64,000 nt of DNA. It comes from an uncultured bacterium (GTDB lineage: Bacteria; Acidobacteriota; JAQAZP01). Positions 42,576-50,980 of the stretch are shown piece after piece. The notes beneath the pieces are model-generated. The model worked only from the letters and a program-made list of their open reading frames with translations, ran no database searches and was not told where the DNA came from. Position 1 is the stretch's first letter; each line of letters opens with the position of its first letter. Location of the stretch: positions 4,762-68,761 of the forward strand of contig CBESOE010000005.1 in assembly GCA_965531145.1 (NCBI GenBank), written 5' to 3'. Both the position numbers and the translations under genes were made by a program.

Positions 42576-45158
42576 ATGGGACACGCCATCCGCTCTGCCC
42601 GAAATTCGGCTTCACACCGGTCGCTCATCAACACGGCTGAAACCATAACCGCACTGGCCATTCTGGTGCTTCTGACCGCCATACCGGCCCAGGCCGGTCC
42701 CGCTGCAACGGCGGCCGCGGACTATGCCGGCCTGCTGGAGTGGCAGTTCAGTGAGACCACATCATCTCTGCCCGCCGGTGGGGTATCGTTCACCCGTGAC
42801 ACGGCCGAATGGACGCTGGAATCGGGCACCTTCCGTCAAATGCGGCCCACTTCGGACGGGGCGGTGACCGGCCTGATTTTCGAGGGTAAGGGCCGGTTCA
42901 AGATGACCATCCCCGACAAACACGAGACCAGCCAGCTCTACCGCTATCCCGACTTCGAGAACACCAATACCATCGAACTGACCTTCTCAAAAATGGTAAT
43001 CCGCACGTGTGAGGGCCTGGTGGCCGAACTGGCCGGTGACCCGCCGGCAGGCGGGTTTTCCTCCAACACGCTGGCCAAACAGCGGCACGAACGCTGGCTC
43101 CGCTACGCCCGCCTCGACGTGGACAGCCGGGTGATCACCGGCCTGCTCACCCCGGGGGACGAATACCTGCTGGTGGACATGGAGGCCGACGGCCCGGGCT
43201 GGGTGATGTACGAGTTCGACGCCCTGCTCTACGAGGAAGTCAGTTTCTGTCGGCTGCGGGACACCAATGACCACCAGGAAGTCCTGGTGAGCCTCGACCG
43301 TGCGGAGGACCGAAAGGCCGACGGCACTCCGGGCACCGCGAGACGCCACCGGATAGACGTGGCCCACGCCAACCTCGTGGTCAGCCTTGACGAGCATGGT
43401 GGCCGGACGGGCCAGGAGATTGCGCAGGGGTTGAGCACGGGTCGAGTGGCCCCCTGGACCTGGTTCAATTCGGAGATCCGCTTCAAACCGCTCACCGATG
43501 GTGCAAGTGCTGTCACCTTCTACCTTCATACTTTTGCCAATGTGCTCAGGGTGACCGACAGCGGGGGGAATGCTCTGCCCTTCATGCGTGACTATATCGG
43601 TGACCGGTTCAAGATGGTGCACTACAATGCCCACGACGGCAATCTGGTTGTGCTCTTTGATGAACCACTGGAAAAGGACAAGGAATATTCCGTGTCCGTG
43701 CTCTATGTCAGACAGACACTGAACCAGTTCAGCGGGCAAGCCTGGTACCCGCTCCCCTACGAGCGGGTCCACGACCATCACACGGCCACGGTCACCGTCC
43801 TGCATCCCAAAAAACTTGATCCGTTCGGCCAGGGGACCAAGAGCGGCCCCGAGGAGCGGGCAAAAGATGACCCGAAACCGGCCGGAAGCGACGGACTGAA
43901 GCTGAACGGCAAGTACATGGTGACCACCTTTACCCTGGATGAGCCGACCCTGGCCACCGCATTCACCTACGGCTGCAGTTTCAAGGAGGAGGTCGTGGAG
44001 GTAGCAGGGCTGCCGCCGATCCTCGCCTTCGGCAAGTCGGACGGGGCCACCATCGGCAGCGTGCAGAAAAACAACGCCGCTGACGTGGCCAACAGCCTGA
44101 ACTTCTACCAGCAGTTTCTCGACTGCAAACTGGACACCGACCTGCTGCGTGTTTCCCGCGCCGCCGGTCTGGATGCCTCCCACCAGAACTTCCTCATCTT
44201 CGGCACTTACACCTATACCTACGAGAGCCCTGGCCTCTCCTCGCTGCTCCGCGGAACGGAAACGGCCTACCAGCTCTGGGGCCACGCAGTGAACTGGCGG
44301 GGCTACCGCGACCAGTGGCTGGCCGTGGCGCTGCCCGAATACATGGCCATGCTCTTCCTCGAGGCCACCCAGCCGGAAGAGGACTACTTCAACGAGATTC
44401 TTGAGGTCTACGGCAACGAGCAGATCAGCTCCCAGGCTTCGGCCATGAGCCGCTTCGCCACCGGCCTCAACGCCCCCACCAGTGTCAGCACGACGCTCTT
44501 CTTCAGCTCCGAGATCAACGGCGGGTTCCGCCAGTACGAGTATTCGCTCCTGCCGAACTACCTCGACTATTCCCGCTGGGGGACGCAGACCCTGGAAAAA
44601 TTCGGGCCGATCAGCGTCGGTTTCCGTTCCAGTTCGGCCGAAGTCCCGCTGGCTCACACGGTGTTCAACCACCGCCGTGGGGTGCTGGTGCTGCACATGC
44701 TCCGCGCCCTGCTGAAGAACAGCCCGGCGGGCAAGGACCGCGACCTGTTCCGGGAGACCCTCAGCACCTTCTACAAGGAGTCGGTGGGCAAGGAGGTGAG
44801 CGCCGAGGATTTCATCAACACCCTGGAAAGGGTGACCCAGGCCGATTGGGACTGGTTCTTTGACCAGTGGGTCTACGGCACGGGCCTGCCCACGCTGACC
44901 TGGAGTTCGAAAGCGGACGGCAAGGACGCCAACGGCCGTTACCCGCTCCATGTGACCATCACCATGTCCAACGTGCCGCCGGACTTCAAGGTCTTTGTCC
45001 CGCTGAAGCTGGACTTTGGCGGCGATCGGCATAGTGAAATTCTTCTGCCGGTCACCCAGGCCACTGTGACCCATGACATCCCCTTGCCGGCAAAGCCGCA
45101 ATCGGTGGAGCTCAACCCGCGGATGTCCTGTCTGGCCAAGATGGTACATGGGAAATAG
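42576..45158 (+). CDS. secreted hypothetical protein, distantly M1-aminopeptidase-like with HExxH not conserved
   Basis: 860 aa, AAGGAGA RBS, signal-like N-terminus ...ALAILVLLTAIPAQA. The region GTETAYQLWGHAVNWRGYRDQWLAVALPEYMAMLF lines up by eye with M1 HELAHQWFGN...WLNEGFA, but both His are replaced. No GAMEN motif seen. Confidence 0.7.
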   Translation: MGHAIRSARNSASHRSLINTAETITALAILVLLTAIPAQAGPAATAAADYAGLLEWQFSETTSSLPAGGVSFTRDTAEWTLESGTFRQMRPTSDGAVTGLIFEGKGRFKMTIPDKHETSQLYRYPDFENTNTIELTFSKMVIRTCEGLVAELAGDPPAGGFSSNTLAKQRHERWLRYARLDVDSRVITGLLTPGDEYLLVDMEADGPGWVMYEFDALLYEEVSFCRLRDTNDHQEVLVSLDRAEDRKADGTPGTARRHRIDVAHANLVVSLDEHGGRTGQEIAQGLSTGRVAPWTWFNSEIRFKPLTDGASAVTFYLHTFANVLRVTDSGGNALPFMRDYIGDRFKMVHYNAHDGNLVVLFDEPLEKDKEYSVSVLYVRQTLNQFSGQAWYPLPYERVHDHHTATVTVLHPKKLDPFGQGTKSGPEERAKDDPKPAGSDGLKLNGKYMVTTFTLDEPTLATAFTYGCSFKEEVVEVAGLPPILAFGKSDGATIGSVQKNNAADVANSLNFYQQFLDCKLDTDLLRVSRAAGLDASHQNFLIFGTYTYTYESPGLSSLLRGTETAYQLWGHAVNWRGYRDQWLAVALPEYMAMLFLEATQPEEDYFNEILEVYGNEQISSQASAMSRFATGLNAPTSVSTTLFFSSEINGGFRQYEYSLLPNYLDYSRWGTQTLEKFGPISVGFRSSSAEVPLAHTVFNHRRGVLVLHMLRALLKNSPAGKDRDLFRETLSTFYKESVGKEVSAEDFINTLERVTQADWDWFFDQWVYGTGLPTLTWSSKADGKDANGRYPLHVTITMSNVPPDFKVFVPLKLDFGGDRHSEILLPVTQATVTHDIPLPAKPQSVELNPRMSCLAKMVHGK

Positions 45159-45182
45159 CGGGGTGCAGATAGCCGCTCCCAC

Positions 45183-45214
45183 GTGAGACGGCCCGGCCCT
45201 TCAGGCCGTCTCAC
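45183..45214 (+). terminator. hairpin terminator
   Basis: 11-bp perfect stem gtgagacggcc / ggccgtctcac with a 10-nt loop, 25 nt after stop 45158. No T-tract. Confidence 0.5.
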
Positions 45215-45216
45215 GG

Positions 45217-45245
45217 TTGACAGTGGTCGGTGGGGCACCTATATT
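45217..45245 (+). promoter_or_regulatory. sigma-70 promoter TTGACA-N17-TATATT
   Basis: -35 TTGACA at 45217-45222, a 17-nt spacer, then -10 TATATT at 45240-45245. 69 nt upstream of ATG 45314. Confidence 0.6.
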
Positions 45246-45313
45246 GTTTTACAGATAGCCATAATTGTGTCAGATGTGCGCCTTGCCGCTTAACGTTGAA
45301 GGAGAAGTTTGCC

Positions 45314-46435
45314 ATGTCCAAAGATCGTGACGGAAAAGCGTCGGGCGTGAACCGCCGTACCTTTATCAAAACCGGTGCCGCGGCGGCCGCCGGCATCGCC
45401 GCATCTCAGGGCAAGGCAAAGGCGGACGACCGGGGCGGTTTCGGCCCCCGCTTTTCCCGGGTTGTCCGGGTCTACGACCCCCAGGTGACCGACTGGGATT
45501 ACAGCTCGAACTACTACTGGGATTACATCGACCAGGACCGGCTGGACCACATGGTGGACGAGGGGATCAAGAAACTGGCCCACGTTTTCCCGGGGTACAA
45601 CCACCTCCAGCGTGCCTGGATGCGGATCATGCACCCCTACCAGACCGGCGACAAGATCGCGGTCAAGATCAACCTCAACAACTATGCCGGGATGTCCAAC
45701 GAGATGGATGCCATCGGGCCGCCCATCGCCTCACTCTGCCGCGGCCTGGTGGACGTGCTCGGCGTGCCGGCCGGCGACATCTACATTTACGACTGCTCCC
45801 GGCCCATTTCCCAGGCCCGGGTGCGGACCTACGTCCCCTACGCGGTCAACTGGGTGGAATCGGGTGACACCCTGGCCCAGGCCGATTACGACGCACCGAT
45901 CAGCTTCCGCGGCATCGGCACCCAGTATATCCCCACGGTGTTGAGCCAGGCCCAGCACCTGATCAACCTGCCGCTGTTCAAGGACCACATGTTCTGCCTC
46001 TCCACCATGGCCTTCAAGAACCACCTGGGCACCACCAAGCCCGGCCCGTCGAGCCTGCACTCGCCGATCCACACCAACCTCTCGGATCTGGCGGCCACCC
46101 CGCACATCAAGGACAAGACCCGCCTGTTCTTTGGCGATGCGCTGTTCGGCCTGTACAACGGCGGCCCTTACGGCGAGCCGATGCAGTGGGCCACCTTCCC
46201 CGGCGGGCCCACCCCGAACAGCCTCTTCCTCTCCAAGGACCCGGTGGCCCACGAGTCGGTGATGATCGACTACCTGATCGCCGAGCAGGAATATCACGGA
46301 ATCAGCGTCATCTCCCACGAGTTTCTGCATGACGCCGCCCAGCATCACGGACTGGGCATTCACGAGCACCGCGGACCGGGTGGCAAGTACCACCGGATCC
46401 GCTATGCCCAGGTGAACGCCGGCGAGACCTTCTAG
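45314..46435 (+). CDS. Tat-exported DUF362-like protein
   Basis: ORF 45230..46435, with the start moved to ATG 45314 (GAAGGAGAAG RBS). Twin-arginine signal MSKDRDGKASGVNRRTFIKTGAAAAAGIAASQGKAKA. DKIAVKINLNN and FKNHLGT resemble DUF362 blocks. Confidence 0.78.
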   Translation: MSKDRDGKASGVNRRTFIKTGAAAAAGIAASQGKAKADDRGGFGPRFSRVVRVYDPQVTDWDYSSNYYWDYIDQDRLDHMVDEGIKKLAHVFPGYNHLQRAWMRIMHPYQTGDKIAVKINLNNYAGMSNEMDAIGPPIASLCRGLVDVLGVPAGDIYIYDCSRPISQARVRTYVPYAVNWVESGDTLAQADYDAPISFRGIGTQYIPTVLSQAQHLINLPLFKDHMFCLSTMAFKNHLGTTKPGPSSLHSPIHTNLSDLAATPHIKDKTRLFFGDALFGLYNGGPYGEPMQWATFPGGPTPNSLFLSKDPVAHESVMIDYLIAEQEYHGISVISHEFLHDAAQHHGLGIHEHRGPGGKYHRIRYAQVNAGETF

Positions 46436-46457
46436 GGAACGGCCACGCAAACAGACC

Positions 46458-46490
46458 ATGCCCGGCGCCCGGCGCGTCGGGCATTTTTAT
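46458..46490 (+). terminator. rho-independent terminator
   Basis: Stem atgcccg(gcgc) ... (gcgc)gtcgggcat, followed by TTTTT. Confidence 0.75.
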
Positions 46491-46526
46491 TTGCGCTACA
46501 ATTGCTCAGACACCTGTGCCGGCAAG

Positions 46527-49500
46527 ATGAATCGCGGAAGGAACCAGCCATTGACCAGCCATGTCACTTCACCGGACCGGCACCCCGCGGCGATTGCCGC
46601 CCTGGTCACCCTGGCCCTGCTCCTCTACGCCGCTGGTCCGGTTCCCGCCGGAAACCTCTTCGATGCCGCCGCCGCCTTTGGCGCCGGGTACCGGCCGGTC
46701 TACCTGCTGGACGGCGACCTGAACCTCGACGGTGTCACCGACATCGTGGTGAACAACTACTACGGCAACAGTGTCTGCGTGCTCCCGGGCCGCGGAGACG
46801 GTATGTTCGAACCGGCGATCTTCACCGGGGTGGGCGGCAACTGTTTCGGCAGCGCCATCGGCGACCTGGACGAGGACGGCATTCCCGACATGGTGGCCAA
46901 CCACGACGACTACTGGGGGATCACCGTCCTGCTGGGGAACGGGGACGGTTCATTTACCAGGGGCGAGGTCTACGAACCCCAGGGAGTCAACCCGGCCAAC
47001 ATGGTCATCGGCGACCTCGACGGGGACGGGCATCTCGACCTGGCGGTGGCCAATATCTTCAGCGACGACATCTCGCTCTACCGCGGGCCAGGTGACGGCA
47101 CCCTGGAGTTCCAGGGCAATGTGGCCGTTGGTGACTTTCCCATCGGGATCCTGCTCGCCGACATCGACGGTGACGACGTCCCCGACCTGCTCACGGCAAA
47201 CATGCACGACAACACGGTTTCGGTGCTGCGGGGCATTGGGGACGGTTCCTTTGCCCCGCAGGTGGTGTATGACGCCGGCGTCTACCCTTACTCACTGGCT
47301 CTGGGCGACCTGAATGGAGACGGCCTTCCGGACCTGGCGGCAGGCCACGACCAGGGTGACACCGTGACCCTGCTGGACGGCAACGGCGACGGCACCTTTG
47401 ACAACCCCCGTGAGGTTCCCGCCGGGGCCTACCCCAATGATGTGGCGCTGGGAGACCTGGACGGGGACGGAGTTCTGGACCTGGCCACCACCAGCCGGTC
47501 CGACACTTCGGGGACCGGACGGGGAGTCACCGTTCTCCTCGGCGCGGGAGACGGATCGTTCTCCTCCCCATTGCCCCCGGCCACCGCCGGCCAGGCGGAA
47601 TTTGTCCGGCTGGCCGACCTGGACGGTGACGGCCTGCTGGATGCCTTTGTGCTCAACGACCTGCAGCGCCGGGTGTGTGTCCTCATCGGACGGGGGGACG
47701 GGACCTTCCGCAGTGCCACGGACCACCTTGCCGGTGCCGAACCACTGGACACCGCACTGGGAGATCTCGACGGTGACGGGTGGATCGACCTCGCGGTTGC
47801 CGATCGTGCGGCCGGGGAGGTGAGCATCCTTTCCGGCAGGGGTGACGGGAGTTTCGATCTGCCGGCGGCGGTGACGGCCGGCCCTGCCCCCGACCTGGTG
47901 CGACTGGCCGATCTCGACCGGGACGGTGACCTCGACCTGCTGCTGCGCACCGGCGCCGTCCCGGGTCTGACCACCCTGGCCAACGACGGGGACGGCGGCT
48001 TTGGTGAACGGGTCGATCATGATTTCGGCTTCCACCCCGCCACCGTAACCGTGGGAGACCTGGACCGTGACGGGTATCCCGATCTCGTGCTTGCCGATGA
48101 GGGGTCAGCCACCGTGGCCGTGGCACTGAACGACCGGGAGGGTTCCTTTGCCGAACCCCGGGTCTACCCTGGCTCAGGCGAACCGTCAGCCTGCGTTCTG
48201 GCCGACCTGGACGTTGACGGTGATCCGGACATCGCCCTGGATGACCGGGCTGGCATGGTTCATATCCTGTTCAATGACGGTGGCGGCAGCTACATCCCGG
48301 GTACGGCGGCCACGGCGCCCCTGGCCCGGGGACTGGCCGCGGGAAACCTGGACGGCGATCCCTGGCCCGACCTGGCGGTGGGCCGCAACCAGTCCGACGT
48401 GATCAACATCCTGCTCAACAACGGGGACGGCACCTTCCGCACCGCGGGCGAGCTGGAGGCCGCCGGCGCCATGACCGGCATCCAGGCCCGCGACCTGGAC
48501 GGCGACGGTTTCACCGACCTGCTGGCCGCCTCAGCCGGCTCCGAAGAGTTGACGGTCCTGAGGGGGAGGGGGGATGGAACCTTTGACGAAGCCGTGCACA
48601 TCCCGCTGAACGACGCTCCGTCCGGGATGAGCGTGGGTGACCTGAACGGGGACCATGCCCCGGACACGGTGCTGGCCATGGCCGGTGACGGCACGGTGAC
48701 GGTTTTGTTGAACCGCACGCCGCTCACCGCCCTGATCGCCGCCGGTCCCGGCCCGGGCGCCGCCAACCCGCCGCTGATCCGTCTCTTCAGCCCGGGCGAT
48801 CCGCAGCCCCTGGTGGAGATCACCCCGTACGCCGCCATGGGCTTCGGGGCCACGGCGGCCCTCGGTGACTTCGACACCGACGGAGTGCCGGAACTGGTCA
48901 CCGGACCGGGACCGGGTCCACAGTACGGGGCCCATGTCCGCGGGTTTCGTCTGGACGGCACCCCCATCCCGGGAATCTCCTTCCTGGCCTACGGAACCCG
49001 CAAGTGGGGCGTCAACGTGGCCTGCGGCGACATCGACGGTGACGGCCGATGCGAAATCCTCACCGGCGCCGGGCCGGGAGCGGTCTTCGGCCCCCACGTG
49101 CGCGGCTGGAACTGGGACGGCTCGGGCACGGCCGCCGCCATGCCCGGCGTTTCGTTCTTCGCCTACGGGACACCGAAATGGGGGGTTAACGTGGCCTGCG
49201 GCGACCTGGATGGTGATACCTTCGACGAAATCCTCACCGGTGCCGGACCCGGTTCTGTGTATGGACCGCACGTCCGCGGGTGGAACGTGGACGGCGCCGG
49301 GCCGGCCATCCCCATGGCGAACCTCTCCTTCATGGCCTACGGGACCCACAAGTGGGGGGTCAATGTGGCCTGCGGCGACATCGACGGTGATGGTATCGAC
49401 GAAATGGTCAGCGGGGCGGGCCCTGGAGCGGTCTTTGCTTCGCACGTCCGCGGCTGGAACTATGACGGTACCGCCGGGGTGAGCGCCATCAGCGGTGTGA

Positions 49501-49733
49501 ATTTCCTGGCCTATGCCGGGCTGGCCTGGGGGGTCAATGTGGCCTGTGCGGACCTCGATAACGACGGCACCGCGGAAATCCTCACCGGCCCCGGGCCGGG
49601 TACGGATAACCCCCCGCTGGTGGCGGGCTGGAAATACGACGGTAAGACGGTGACCGGAGCCGGCGCCGCCATGTTCCTGGCCTTTGATCCGGCCCTGTTT
49701 TCCCACGGTGTCCGGGTCAGTGGCTCGCAATGA
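46527..49733 (+). CDS. secreted FG-GAP/VCBS repeat protein with C-terminal five-loop propeller module
   Basis: ORF 46458..49733, with the start moved to ATG 46527. Signal/anchor ...AAIAALVTLALLLYAAGPVPA. About 700 aa of classical FG-GAP/VCBS repeats follow (GDLNLDGVTDIVVNN, GDLDGDGHLDLAVAN, ADIDGDDVPDLLTAN ...). The C-terminal module is then encoded at about 48732-49733. Confidence 0.88.
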   Translation: MNRGRNQPLTSHVTSPDRHPAAIAALVTLALLLYAAGPVPAGNLFDAAAAFGAGYRPVYLLDGDLNLDGVTDIVVNNYYGNSVCVLPGRGDGMFEPAIFTGVGGNCFGSAIGDLDEDGIPDMVANHDDYWGITVLLGNGDGSFTRGEVYEPQGVNPANMVIGDLDGDGHLDLAVANIFSDDISLYRGPGDGTLEFQGNVAVGDFPIGILLADIDGDDVPDLLTANMHDNTVSVLRGIGDGSFAPQVVYDAGVYPYSLALGDLNGDGLPDLAAGHDQGDTVTLLDGNGDGTFDNPREVPAGAYPNDVALGDLDGDGVLDLATTSRSDTSGTGRGVTVLLGAGDGSFSSPLPPATAGQAEFVRLADLDGDGLLDAFVLNDLQRRVCVLIGRGDGTFRSATDHLAGAEPLDTALGDLDGDGWIDLAVADRAAGEVSILSGRGDGSFDLPAAVTAGPAPDLVRLADLDRDGDLDLLLRTGAVPGLTTLANDGDGGFGERVDHDFGFHPATVTVGDLDRDGYPDLVLADEGSATVAVALNDREGSFAEPRVYPGSGEPSACVLADLDVDGDPDIALDDRAGMVHILFNDGGGSYIPGTAATAPLARGLAAGNLDGDPWPDLAVGRNQSDVINILLNNGDGTFRTAGELEAAGAMTGIQARDLDGDGFTDLLAASAGSEELTVLRGRGDGTFDEAVHIPLNDAPSGMSVGDLNGDHAPDTVLAMAGDGTVTVLLNRTPLTALIAAGPGPGAANPPLIRLFSPGDPQPLVEITPYAAMGFGATAALGDFDTDGVPELVTGPGPGPQYGAHVRGFRLDGTPIPGISFLAYGTRKWGVNVACGDIDGDGRCEILTGAGPGAVFGPHVRGWNWDGSGTAAAMPGVSFFAYGTPKWGVNVACGDLDGDTFDEILTGAGPGSVYGPHVRGWNVDGAGPAIPMANLSFMAYGTHKWGVNVACGDIDGDGIDEMVSGAGPGAVFASHVRGWNYDGTAGVSAISGVNFLAYAGLAWGVNVACADLDNDGTAEILTGPGPGTDNPPLVAGWKYDGKTVTGAGAAMFLAFDPALFSHGVRVSGSQ

Positions 49734-49751
49734 CAGGTAAGGAACAACAGT

Positions 49752-50852
49752 GTGATTAAGGGAACACCAAAACTGATCACCCCGCGCCGGGCGCCGCACT
49801 TCCGCCGGCGTCTGCTCGGCTGGTATGACCGGCACCGCCGGGACTACCCCTGGCGAGAATCATCGGACACCTATGCCGTCTGGGTCTCTGAGGTGATGCT
49901 GCAGCAGACCCAGACCGGCCGGGTCATCGACTACTACCAGCCCTTTCTCCAACGCTTCCCCGATGTGCAGGCCCTGGCGGCCGCCGACCTGGAGGAGGTG
50001 CTCAAGGCCTGGGAGATGCTCGGTTACTATGCCCGGGCCAGAAACCTCCATGCGGCCGCGGGTCTGGTGGTGCGCGACCACGGCGGCCGGGTGCCGGAGG
50101 AGTACGAATCGTTCCGTGCCCTGCCCGGAGTGGGCGACTACACCGCCGCGGCGGTGACCAGCATCGCCGGCGGCCAGCCACGGGCGGTGGTGGACGGCAA
50201 CGTCAAGCGGGTCCTGTCCCGGCTCTTCCTCCTGGAATCACCGGTGAACAGTCCCTCATCCATGCCTCTGTTCCAGGAGCGGGCCGATGCCCTGCTGCAC
50301 CGCGGCCGCCCCGGCGATTTCAACCAGGCGCTGATGGAGTTCGGCGCCCGGATCTGCCGCCCGCGCACTCCCCGCTGCGATGACTGCCCGGTGGTCAACT
50401 ACTGCGGTGCCTTCCAGACTGGCCGCCAGACGGAGCTACCGCTGCGTCTGAAGACCGGCCGTAAGCCGTTGCGCCGGGTGGCGGTGGGTATCGTCAAACG
50501 GCGGGGCCGGATCCTGATCACCAGGCGGGCGCCGTCAGGGCTGCTGGGCGGGTTGTGGGAGTTTCCCGGGGGCGGCCTGCTGGATGGTGAAGCAGCAGAA
50601 GAGGCCTGCCGGCGTGAGATCAGGGAGGAGACCGGTCTGGAGGTGGCGGTGGAGGAGAAACTGGCCCGGGTGCGTCACGCCTACTCTCATTTCCGCATCG
50701 AGATGGACGTCTTCCGCTGCCGCTGCCTTTCCGGCCGGGTGAGGCTTCGCGGCCCGGTGGACCACCGCTGGATAGAGCCCGGCGAGATCGACCGTTATCC
50801 GCTGCCCGCGGCCAACCACCGCTTCCTGCACCTGCTGGAGGGGGACAACTGA
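49752..50852 (+). CDS. mutY: A/G-specific adenine DNA glycosylase
   Basis: 366 aa, GTG start. Blocks: LLGWYDRHRRDYPWR, YAVWVSEVMLQQTQ, the HhH-GPD region, a C-x6-C-x2-C-x5-C cluster (CRPRTPRCDDCPVVNYC) and a NUDIX-like C-terminal domain (GLWEFPGG). Confidence 0.93.
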   Translation: MIKGTPKLITPRRAPHFRRRLLGWYDRHRRDYPWRESSDTYAVWVSEVMLQQTQTGRVIDYYQPFLQRFPDVQALAAADLEEVLKAWEMLGYYARARNLHAAAGLVVRDHGGRVPEEYESFRALPGVGDYTAAAVTSIAGGQPRAVVDGNVKRVLSRLFLLESPVNSPSSMPLFQERADALLHRGRPGDFNQALMEFGARICRPRTPRCDDCPVVNYCGAFQTGRQTELPLRLKTGRKPLRRVAVGIVKRRGRILITRRAPSGLLGGLWEFPGGGLLDGEAAEEACRREIREETGLEVAVEEKLARVRHAYSHFRIEMDVFRCRCLSGRVRLRGPVDHRWIEPGEIDRYPLPAANHRFLHLLEGDN

Positions 50853-50980
50853 CCATCGACGGTTAGTTCTTGCACTGCGGCCGCTCCACCATAATAATGA
50901 GTTACCCTAGCCAGGGTAGGAGTAGTTTCGGGTTGCCTGTTTCCGCCGTGTGCCGCGGCAGAGGGATTACTGTGAACAAG

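Noticed and set aside
45233-45248. Sigma-54-like GGGCAC-ctata-TTGT
   Set aside because: The conserved -12 GC is GT. The sequence also coincides with the spacer and -10 of a near-consensus sigma-70 promoter, which explains it better.
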